NCBI RefSeq assembly: GCF_902652985.1
Contig: NC_047031.1
Span: 26,784,001-26,848,000 of the forward strand
Direction of reading: 5' to 3'
Source of the DNA: Pecten maximus
Taxonomy: Eukaryota
Length of the DNA: 64,000 bases
A program made the translations under genes and the position numbers. Below the pieces are notes generated by a model. It searched no databases. It had not been told where the DNA came from and worked only from the letters and a program-made list of their open reading frames with translations. Of the stretch, positions 50,170 through 62,400 are shown piece by piece (position 1 is the first letter of the stretch; every line of letters starts with the position of its first letter).

Positions 50170-52303
50170 TACGCCATCATTGTCTGTCAAATCACTAAGA
50201 ATGTCCACTTCATTTGTGTAGTCAATTTCGATGTGAATACAATGTATGTAGTAGTCATTTTAAACACAGCTGCTGTCTCCCTCAAGGTATACTAGTAAAC
50301 TTATACAGATTCATGTTCATAGAAAACAAATTTAATCATTACAACTCGCAATATATTTGCATTGTGTAAATCATGATTCAATTTACTTGTTTATTGACCG
50401 AACGCACGTACCGTGACAACGTTATGGCCCGTCGTGAGAATTTTCAAATTAAGTGATATATATAAACAATGTTTTCCTTTCAAATAAAGCGATATTTGAA
50501 ATTAACCGATTTCAAACTAACCGATGAATACAATACAAAAACAAAGGAGGCATTTCAACGGGTGTTTTGTTTTGATTTCACTTCAAATTAAACAATATTT
50601 CAATATATACGATCAAGTGCGTTCGACTGTACATACATAAACTATTCTGAGACTACTAGCAGGACCGTCGCACACATAACATCTTCAGTCTATTGACATG
50701 ACAATGACTAACTGTACGAGTTCGAAACCTACTTGGGGCAGTTGCAATGGTCTCCGGGTACTCCGGCTTTCCTCCACCTCCAAAACTTGACACGTCCTTA
50801 AATGATCCTGGCTATTAATAGGACGTTAAACAAACAAAACAAAAACAAACTGTACGTTTATAGGTCTTTGTGATGACATTAAGATATATACGTATATTAT
50901 GAATCGTGTCACTATTTCAGTGCAAAAAAAAGTGACAAAATTGTTACAATAAACATCAGGGACTGAAAAGTCCATCAGCAGCTTGTACCACCTGTAATCG
51001 AGAAGGATGGCAGGGCAGATATAAACATATAAGCACCGTTCACAGAAAATGAGTTTGAGAAATCGTTAAGCATAATATCTCTTTGTTCGGCATCCATTGT
51101 CCATTGACACTAATTTATAAAGACAGTAAACAGTGAAATCATATTGAAAGAGATAATTGGTTTCTACAAAGTATGCTGTGTGATGTGTTTGTGAATTGAA
51201 CTAGCAGGGTTCGTTGACATGAATGTAGGTCAACCATATAAAAAAACGATATGTCATGGTTTTTTGGGGTAAATATCTATGTCAATATCTCTCAATACTG
51301 TATACCGATACGCTAGAGCTGGTATACACAGTATGTTAATGTCGTTTTCTCTAACTCATAAATACACTAAGTCAGACCTATTCAGTGTAGAAAACACAAC
51401 TGATCATGTTCCAGGGTGTAAATACAATTTCCAATATTCAGTGGCTTATCCAGGCTAAAATAAATTCCCGCTCATCTTTTGCTAGATCGAAAATAGATCA
51501 TTTATCACTCCAACTGTGTTCAATCGACTTTTATGTATATAATAAAATTAAAATGCTCTTATTTTAGTCTGGTGTTTGAAACGAAAGTCGAAAACCCATT
51601 CGAGTATTCAAAGCACCGATATAAAAACACGAAGCAACATAGTTTTCTTGAGAGTACCTGTGTTTGTCACGAAAGTGTCCGTTAGCAAAGATGGTATACG
51701 AAACACAGCAATTGACCTATAGTATAGTCAAGCAAAAATATTAAATCTGAGAATTAAGAACCATACATTATTGACAGTCGTTCTGTTTTAAAGAATGTAT
51801 GCTATAATTATAATGACGATAATAATCCATACAAATAAATTTAATTTGAGCTGTTTAAGATGATGTAAAATATAAATGAAAGATGACTGGAGCGTGATAA
51901 TCTACTGTTTTTAGCGCATTTACTGTTCGTGGATTCAACCAGGGCCCTCTAGACCATTATAATCCTATTCTTTAAATATATGTAAACATATAAATATATT
52001 GGGCATAATGGTGGTTGTTTCGGTACGTGTGTTCGGTCAATAAACAAGTAAATTGAATCATGATTTACACAATGCAAATACATTGTGAGTTGTAATGATT
52101 AAATTTGTTTTCTATGAACATGAATCTGTATAAGTTTACTAGTATACCTTGAGGGAGACAGCAGCTGTGTTTAAAATGACTACTACATACATTGTATTCA
52201 CATCGAAATTGACTACACAAATGAAGTGGACATTCTTAGTGATTTGACAGACAATGATGGTGTATTCTTTAAATATATGTAAACATATAGATATATTGGG
52301 CAT
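50170..52303. repeat. About 250-bp inverted duplication (50170-50430 vs 52001-52264) with a 41-bp direct repeat around the second copy
   Basis: Near-perfect reverse-complement match. TATTCTTTAAATATATGTAAACATATA.ATATATTGGGCAT occurs at 51966-52006 and 52263-52303. Confidence 0.9.
50719..50847 (+). mobile_element. Truncated, internally deleted V-type SINE with 9-bp TSD
   Basis: AACTGTACG at 50710-50718 and 50848-50856. The body matches the SINE family. Confidence 0.8.
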
Positions 52304-54954
52304 TGTCGAGGGCAAAATGATTAATCGGTATTTCTAACGGCGATTTACTCTTTAATCAGTCTTTAGTATTGAAATTCTTCTCTAAAAATGAGAATGATGC
52401 CTTCCCCGTTTTCATTGGATTTCTAAATGTCATAAGAGTCCCTATCAGCAACATTTGGCTGATGAAACGGGTAGTGTTGGAAGCAAGCTATTATCTAAAA
52501 CTTTTCTTTCCATCGTTGATATATCTACGTCACGACAACACTCCTATTAGGGTCTTGTTTACTCAAGAAGTAGAATGTATGCCATTTTGACTTTTTGACC
52601 GTTTGATCAATCTTTAACATCTGCTCCTTAAAACGTTTCTTCCATCACGACGCTTCATATATCCACTCTTCACACAATGACTTCCATAGGAACACAGCGA
52701 AGATTGAATCGTGGGGAAAATTGGATGTTTGAATAACAACATCTGTTTTTAGTTTTGCTGCCTGACATAATAATAGGGGAAAACGGTTGGCCGACTTCGT
52801 CTTAATTTTACACGAACATCAGAACAGATTACGTATAAAATGAAAAGTTCTTTAATTTAACAAATAGGTGCATTGACGATTACAATCAAATTAAAAAGAA
52901 AAAACGTACTTGCTGTATGGATCACACATACCCTGAAGAATTCGATTTGAAATCAGATGTGTTTAATGCTTGTCGATATTCAAAGTAGTTCCGTTATCAC
53001 AATAGTTACCTTTGGTTTAGATTGTGATTTAATACGGATTTGACTTAATTTGACTTTGAATTTGATTTAATTTGAATTTGTATGGCAAGTGTTGTCGATG
53101 AATAAAAAGATGTCTTTCCGTCCGGAGCATCCGGCCTTATTGTACATTTCTAGGAATCCATAGATAAGGAAATAAAATTGACAATTGGAAAAATAAACGA
53201 ATAGGATAAAAAGAAATACATAGTAGCTGTAGTTTGTCCGTGCTGGCTATGTTTTCAGTAAGTATTTCGAGGTAAGTGGCTGTCTAGGTAGCATATAGTT
53301 GAAGCCCATAGCTGCACTGACTAGGCAGAAGGTCGTTGAACCCCTAGCCTTATTACTGAAATCACTGGAGTAATATTGTAAGCTCGAATACAATTTATTC
53401 ATGTATTAATTTGATGTTGTATCCCTTAAACAATGTGTTTGATTCCACTGACATTTGTCACACGTTCGATATTTTCGTGGCAAACTATTGGATTTGGATG
53501 TATGAAAATTTAAAAAAAAAATATATATATATTATTTCATCTGGAATGTCAGCATTTTTCACATACAAGGTAAAACGCACAACTTTGTTCTTATATTTAT
53601 ATGTGTATTTTTCACGCATGCCTAACCAGGTGCTTGCTGATGCGTCATGATCTTAATCATTACGTGTAAATATGGTCGTGATGGGTGACATCTGTGCAAA
53701 CACTGCAATGCCGATCTTAATTCTATCACCTGCATCTATTTTATACATGTATGTAATATCCTAAATAGCTTACTAATGTATGCATGTTTCCACCTTTCTG
53801 ATAAAATAAGCTAATATTCTTTGAATAAATTACATCATAGTACATATTTTAATTTCTATAACACCCTACTGTCGCCTATCACTTCTGCACTGTCAATGAG
53901 ATGATGTTTTTAATATTACCGTAGGAATTACCAGGCCACAAAGTAAGATCTTTTAATCAATATTGATGGAGCGGGAAGGCTCTTTTCATTTGTAGCCTTG
54001 GGCAAATCATAATGTAAGGTTATGAATCCGCATGTTATTCTCTGTCATTTTCATTCTTTTTTCCCCCTTTTTTTATTTTCAATGGCTGACAAAACATATT
54101 TATAGGAAAATGCGTTGCCTATATGAGCTTGCCATTAACCAACGAGAATATTGGGTGAAGACGACCCCGATCTGGCCAGACGACTTTGTATGTGTTACTG
54201 GAGCAAAGGTAGATATGGTTAGAGTTAAAAATCAAACTATAGGTATATAGGCCGAATGTAAACAATTAGGTGGGGTCAATACACTTTCCAACGCACACAG
54301 CGAAAAATACGACGGATCAAGTAAATTGATGAAAAAATATTTCTAGCTTTAAAGTTTAAGTTAATCCTATATTTTGTGACAAACAACTAATATTTCGCAG
54401 CTGTCCCAGTCGGACCTTGTTCACGCACAACAGGCCTTGTAAACATTCTGCAGTTAACATGTCTACCTTATGTTTTTTGTATGTATAAAGTTTAGCTGGG
54501 TATATATTTTATGACATGAAATATACATCTCAACAAACATTATTAACTATTCAGTATAGCGAGTTATTCCAACATGGCGTGTCGTCTGCATCTTTCCTTT
54601 GATGATCAGTCAAAAGATGTACATTAAGCATGATGATTCCGTGAAAACATACAAATATGATGTCTGTAATTTGCCTGGCGGACGCAAACGACTGATGCGA
54701 TTACATGGTAGCTTAATAGTTAGATTTCTGTTTTCACCATCGAAACCAGGGAATAAAGGGATGCGACTACCAAAAACTGCAACGATATAAATTCAACTAA
54801 CCCATCGGAGAGTGTGTCTTTGAAAACAAATATTTAGTTTTCTCGATCCGCCATTTTTCTAAGTACAATTGGTGGCAAGGTATGTCTCCTCTGTTCACAG
54901 GATCCCTTTATACCTATACGCTATACAGCGTGATTATATGCACAAGCTTTACCT

Positions 54955-55306
54955 TAAACAATAACAAAAAGCCAAAAAACAATACATGTCATAAAAACAA
55001 CACATGTTTTGAAAATTATACATGTCATAAAAAACAATACATGTTTAAAAACAATACATTTCGTAAAAAGCAATACTTAAATAAAACAATACAGGTCAAC
55101 AACACATGTCATAAAAATGTATACATGTCCTACAGAAACAATATATATCATACCAAAACAATATATATAATACAAAAGCAATATATATAATACAAAAACG
55201 ATGAATATCATACAAAATCAATATAATACAAAAATATACACTGTATGTCATGCAAAAACAATATATGTCATACAAAAACAATAAATGTCAAAACAATACA
55301 AGTCAT
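54955..55306. repeat. Degenerate A-rich minisatellite (AAAAACAATACATGTCAT-like)
   Basis: Imperfect units of about 18-20 bp. Confidence 0.75.
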
Positions 55307-56465
55307 GAACTCTTTAAATAGATTAAATGTCAGTGTGCACATTTAAGTCACTCGCAATAAAACCGGAAGTTTGCATCGCGCATGATTCAGTTTGCTTCCG
55401 ATGCTGCAAACTGCAACAATCCCTTATGTGTAGAAATTCAATCATCTCATAGCGTTTAAAAGATAGGTCGATCTCGTGCTAATAATACGAATGATAGAAA
55501 AATGTAGTAGGAAAAAACCAAAGCATGAAACAGAAAGTGCAATATATTCTATGATTTGTTTTGATATAGTGACATTCGTACTATAATCTTTTCTATTTGA
55601 TACACATTTAAACATACCATAACCTGAGCATATGATTTGAATTACATTCGAGTTGTTCCATACCAGATCTGATTAGCTGGTCTACCTTTGGTCGACGACC
55701 TGATAGAATTATCATGCGTATATATATATCACTTAATCAAGTTGTCAGTAGATATAAAGATATAAACACAAGTTTCAGCAGAAACAAAAACCGTTTAGTA
55801 TAAGTTTAAAAAGATATCTCGGTTCTGGAGATCTCGTACAGGCAAATACTACCGTTAGATTTAATATAAACAAGTTATCAATTCTGGAGATCTCTTTGAA
55901 GTAGACAAACATCTTGTTGATAAAATGCATATGAAGCATTTAAACAGCATAGATATATATCCTCAAACTTATTTTTTGGAACAAGATTAGCAAAAACCTC
56001 TCAGAGGCCTTTCGGACCACTACGAACTTAACATGGGAGAGACCGGATTGATATTCAGCACGTCAGGAATAATATATACGGACACATATCTAAGAACTAA
56101 ATAATATGCAATATGTATCTTCAAACTTATGTCTACCTGTATGGAATCAAAACAGGCATGAAATCAGAGTGCATGCAGCCTTTGGTATTGATGTAGAACT
56201 ATCTCAGTATAACGTATTTGCAAGCATACCACATCTTCCCTAATCACACATAACAAAATCGTCACACGCATGTATCTCGCGCACATGAGAGGTGGTCCTA
56301 CCATGACCATATCAAACCAAGCCAAACCCTGACAGAAGATTCCGTCATTAAATGATACTATAGATAGAGACTACACATTATTGACATGTCACACGTATAT
56401 TTCTACGATTCAGGGTAATAAAGTCTTCAAAACGTGGAACAGACGGAAACAGACGGGGCACGAAA

Positions 56466-59400
56466 ATGGACTCAGACGGGACAGCTACACAGGTAACGTA
56501 CAAGTGTATGACTTCTCACCTCTCCTGCAAACTAAACATTTTCTAACTTAAATTAATTTCTTTTATCAGAAAAAGAAATGTTATAACACTTTGCGAGCAT
56601 ATACATAATAAAGGAAACGTTACAATATACATTCGTTTCTTCAATACAACAATAGTATAAGGTTTATAGAAATTTAAACAGATGATCAAGAAGTAAATAT
56701 GCTTATTATAAGACCGACTCGTATATTGCTATTGTTAATACTACTTGTCTACACAATATGTAGATTATTTTCACCTGATAAAAAGGTATTATGGTGTAAA
56801 AGGCAACAATACCTTCTCATTGGGCATAGATTATCTACATAGTTTGTAAACTATTAGTAAAACCTAAAGTAGGCATTCTTATAAGCACATTTGCTTCTTG
56901 ACCACATGTTTGTCTGAAAATTCAATGTGTGTATTTTATTCTTATATTCTAGTCGTCCAATATTTGCAATAATTAAGGATATACCTGTTGTCAAATATCT
57001 ATAAAAACAGTTGTTGCTACAACTTTCACACTCTCATTGAAATCATAGACTTGTTTAGCGGTGTTCATACTGTAATTCACTTATATTTCGCGTGGGACCT
57101 AGTTTCGTTTTGACACGCCGGGATAGTCAATCGCGAAGTAAAATCCTTCGCGACTACTTATATGAAAACAGCACCTTGGGATGACGGCCAAGCCATCGGT
57201 TACCGATAAAGCCTCACTCTGATAGTTTAATCGCGAATTTTAATTCATTTCTAGACCAGCGTTCGCGAAATCATGTGTTCGCGAATATTTCTGCAGAGTT
57301 AAGTTCGCGCAATAAAGAACAGTCACTAACCGTGCTTAATGTTATCCAAACATATTCGTATTTATGTATAAACGACTCAAAAATGTTTTGATATGAATTC
57401 AGATTCAGATAAGAGATGCTCTGACCAACAGAGATGTGCCTGTCAAGGTGTTTGGTTGGATACACAGGATCTTGAGGCATGGTTAGTGCTATTAAGTATT
57501 GATGTCATTTTTTTGTAGTTTCATCAGGGTATGAAACAAATTTTGTTTGCAAACTGTATGAATCCGCGTAGTATACCCCGATGAAACTAAAACAAATTGA
57601 CATCAACGCTTATAATTAATTTTTGAAAATGATTTTCTAATTTAAAACATGTTTTATGTACAATTTTACTGGTTTTAAATGGGATTCTTTTTTCTCAAAT
57701 AAATTCGCAACGTCGTATTGTGACGTCACATTGTTCGCGCCATTCTCGGAATTTCTTTCTTTTTTTTCGACCAATTACATTTTAGTATTTACCATGAAAA
57801 CAAAGAAAAGTTAATTATTCTGATATAGAATCAATGTATAACAGATTTTTGCTCCTAATTTCTCAATAATCGCTTCAAAAAAACACGTTTTAGAGGAATT
57901 AATGTAATATGTATACATGGTATGTTGTTTTGACTAAATGTGTATTAAATGATGGCATTGTTAACTTTTCACAATTTCCTGGGTATTGTCCACATCGGTT
58001 ATATCCATAGAGATGTTCACTGTACAAGTGATGTATATATTGATATATACAATGTATCATATCTAAATATATGCTTGGCTTGTTGTCATGACTTATTGAG
58101 TGCTACATAAGTATCTACTTAAATGGAGTTACTGTGAACAATCCGCAGTTCTCTGTGTATAGTCAATGATAACGCGTATAACTAGCGAGATTTATAATAG
58201 GACATTTGAAACAGAAACACAGAAACACAGAAACCCAACACTGGCAGGTTACCATTAAAATAAGTATGCATAAATGAATGATAATAATTAGAAATATAGA
58301 TTCTTATATGTGAGTAGACATTGAGAGTATCGTAGTTATTATACGCGTTTGTATACGGTCGAGGGCAATTATATCGTTGACGAATGTTTAACTGTAACCA
58401 ATTGACTATTAATTATAGAATGTAAAAAAATGTTGTTATAATCTACAAAAGCCAAATATGACGATCGTCATATACGTTATAAACATAAAATATCCAGTAG
58501 GTTTCACATGATATACTTGTTAAAATATGATTAAATGTGAACGAATCAACCCCAACCACACCCCCACTCATACCCACCACCTAACCAGACCCCAACCCCC
58601 AGTCTTGTCAAATACTAACACACATACCGTTAAGATGAAAAAACATATTGTTACTTTTTTCGAATATTTTCCAGTCTCAGATGACGTCACAACCAAGGGA
58701 GATAACTGTGTGCAGACGCTATGATTTTCCCGACGTACAAAAATGTCATTTTTCAAATGACGAATAATGCATGAAAACAATTTTTGTATAACGTATTTTT
58801 ATTAAGGATTATTAATATTTTTACACAATATTTGGCCATTTTTATGTTTTTGTGGTTGTTCACCCTTTAATTACTTAAAATTAACATCTACATCTTACCA
58901 GTATAGTTCAATAATGACAATAGATAATGATCTTCTAGAAACTCATTTATTTACAGATAATGAAGGAATGGTGGTTTTGCTTAGAGATGGTACAGGGTTT
59001 TTGAAATGCGTTTTCTCAGACCAGTTGGTAAGTTTTTTATAGAGGTTTCATGGTATAATCAGATTAAATTGTCTAATTTTTTATTTAGATTTCACATTTA
59101 TTTATTATCATTTATGTATATCGGGGAATGATATTTTTATATTGAAATATGTTGATAATATTCATGTATCTAACCTGATCTATCAATTTGAAATGAAATG
59201 GAAGCAAACTCTATCATTGTCAATAATTTATATAATCGCGAACATTATTTTACTTTGCATCATTGATATCTCAGAATTAATACTTAAACGTATTGCGTTT
59301 ACCAACCACAAAACGCTATCCTCATAAAAATCATGCTAATAGTAAGCCTTCTTTTCCCTTTAATGATTGATATTTCTTTTCGCGGAAGTAAGTTTGCATT

Positions 59401-62400
59401 ATAATGTTTTCTACTAATATTTTCTGCAAATTATTTCTACCCTATAAAATATTAAAAAGACTAACTTTGTCGTTCAAATGTGTAGTTGTTAAGTTTCACG
59501 GTGCTAATATCTCAGGGTTGTGAATGGTTCGTGGACATTAAATTCCGACCAACACCCCCTTGTAAACATTCTGTAATAGACACATACATGCATGTGTGTG
59601 TACATCATAATAAATCTGTGGGTATTTATTTTCACACTATGTTTATGGCCGTGAAAACCACTTAAAGAAATTCTCACGAATATTACCAAATATACAGACC
59701 CGCATTTATCTCAAATATATTTTGAAGGAGTTCATTAGATCAATGACAAAGTATGTTTTTTTGTAGATAGTGCAACTTTCTGTTCATTTTTTGTCGGTAC
59801 AGTATCGTATGTACAGTGGTGTTGCAAGAGAAGCCTCTGTCTGTATCTACGGTAAAATCTCAGCTATTCCCGAGGATAACGCTGTAAGTATCTCACAGAG
59901 AACATATGTATCTATCAACGATATCATTTAAGGATTGAATCTTGATTTGGTCGATTTCATGGGGTTTTCTCAAGAGCAACTCAATTCATGACCCCATGAA
60001 ATCGACCAAATCAAGATTCAATCCTTATATTCAATTGTGTCTTGGGGTTTTTTTCGAATAAAAAAGTCGGTCTATATGCAAGTCCAAATGCGGAAAAGCC
60101 CGAGGAGTTCCGGATTGTGCATGTCTAGTCGGTCGAGTAAAATAGTCCGCAATTTTAGGATTAAAAACAGCATTATTTTGTCAAAATAGAAGTATCTTGC
60201 ATATCTGGTTTTAATAAAATACAAGAGAATACATTATAACTTTGATAATTTTAATAATTATTCCATGTTTATAACAACAATGTAGAAAAAGTGAAATCAT
60301 TCCGCGGAAGGATTTTAACCATATATCCATGCGCACTGATCAGTGTTAATCTGGTCAAATTCATGAGCAAATGAAACAGATTAAGTGTGGTAGTTTCATT
60401 GAGTCCAACTTGAGTAGAAATTGAAATATTTGTGTATATCTATGTGTGCGATATTACATTTAAATGCTACTCTGATAGTAGCAAATTTAGAATGTATACA
60501 TACATTTTATGATGATAATTTATAATATTTAAGATTTATATGAAACGAATCCTCAGCTCACAAATTGTTGCGATATTATATTTAAATACTGCTCTGAATG
60601 TAACCATTTAAGAACATGCATTTTATAACAATGGTAATTTGTGATAGATGAATATTCATTGAAGTTACGAAACACTTATGAATGTTAATTGACGAGCATA
60701 TATTTACCATACATATTGTACATTATTGCAGGCCCCTGATGGACTTGAGCTTAGTGTTGATTTCCTAGAGGTAATAGGGACTTCGCCCCAAGGAGGAGTT
60801 GACGAAATCGTCTCCAAGGTATTTCATAGCAAACAAAACTCTGATTGTTTACATTAATGTGTAATGTTTAGTTGTTACATTCTTAACAGTCAATCGACCC
60901 CGTAAAGGCCATTAAGACCAAAACAATGGTGCTATAAATAAACATCAAACGGATTTATGATACATGTATCCTCTCCTCAAATGCAAAGTAACGTTGTTGT
61001 GGCATACTACGGATCATTCGACAAATAAATAATTCATAGTTAAGTTTTCGATTTTAGTCAAACCTTGACTGATAGCTTTAGGATATGTTTTAAACAAACC
61101 ATTTTATCTATGTTTCAGAAATAAAGAGTACTAATATGTTTATATATACAATGTACATACATAAAAAAATGTATAAATATTTCAAGGATTATGATATTTT
61201 TTAAAAATCGATATACTTAGTATATGTGAATCATTACTATTAAATATATTGTAATCAATTAAGAACCAATTAATCCAGTTTGGTTGAGTGAAAGTGTAAC
61301 TGTGGGTGTATAAATATTAATGTTTTGTCTTCTTTCGTGTATTGTGTTATATGTCATATTTTGTAAACAAAACTTAAAAATGAATAAAAAATAAATTTAA
61401 AAGTATGTTTTCGACCGATGAATGTTTTGTGGGTTTATGGACGTTGCACTCATTAATAGCTTAACTTGTTCATCTTGATCGTTGGATACCCATGGTCGAA
61501 TGCGCTAAACTACGTTACACTAATCACGCGATACGGGTAGGTGCAATGTAATCGACCATTGGTACCCTTAGATGTCAATATATAAATTCGATTCCATTCA
61601 ACGTTTAACTTTAATCAGAATGTAAACAACCATGAAATACCAAATGATTTTCAACAACTTAAGAGACCGTAACATCAGATCAGTTTGTTCAGTTGTTTTG
61701 TAACCTAAATAGTACATCATAAAATAAACATCACATTCCAACCATAACATTTAATCAATTAGTAAGTTGTTTGTATACTACATGGTTCATTATAAAATAA
61801 TATCACATTCCATCCATAGCATTTGATAAGTTTTATCCCCTCAAGTGAACCCGGTACCCTGTCTATTTGGTGTGTTTTCAAGGCCGAGCCGCTCCCTTGA
61901 GACGGACATTGTCTTCGACGGGTTGGGTTGTATGTGCCCTCGCCTAAGCGCTCGTGAAATATTGAACTCGTTTGATACATTAATAACTCTATATAGCATA
62001 GCCACTCCTGTCAGATCCTCTCGGTGATATGTTTCACCAATGAAAACCTCTCACGAATTGTTTACTCACCTAACAGTGTACCAGTACGGAGGACCAGCTG
62101 GACCATCGACACCTGATGTTGAGGCAAGAAGAGGTAAGTACGGTTGTCTGTAAACAGAGAATACCACATTTAAAACGCTACCGCAATTCTAACTCAGAAT
62201 TCTTAAAACAAGGGCAAGATAGGATCGAAGTATAGATCTACGCATACACTATCTAACGGCATCAAAAGTAGCAGAGGATTCAGGCGTAATTAATTCAAAA
62301 GTAAAATATAAAAAAGAAATGGGATAACAAGACCGGTACTAATACAGGGAAAATAGGAGAAGTTGCCCTGCAGGATAACATAATGACTGGAATTGATTTC

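Noticed and set aside
55666-55700. DLISWSTFG resembling a fucosyltransferase motif
   Set aside because: The match is too short and has no supporting flanking motifs in frame.
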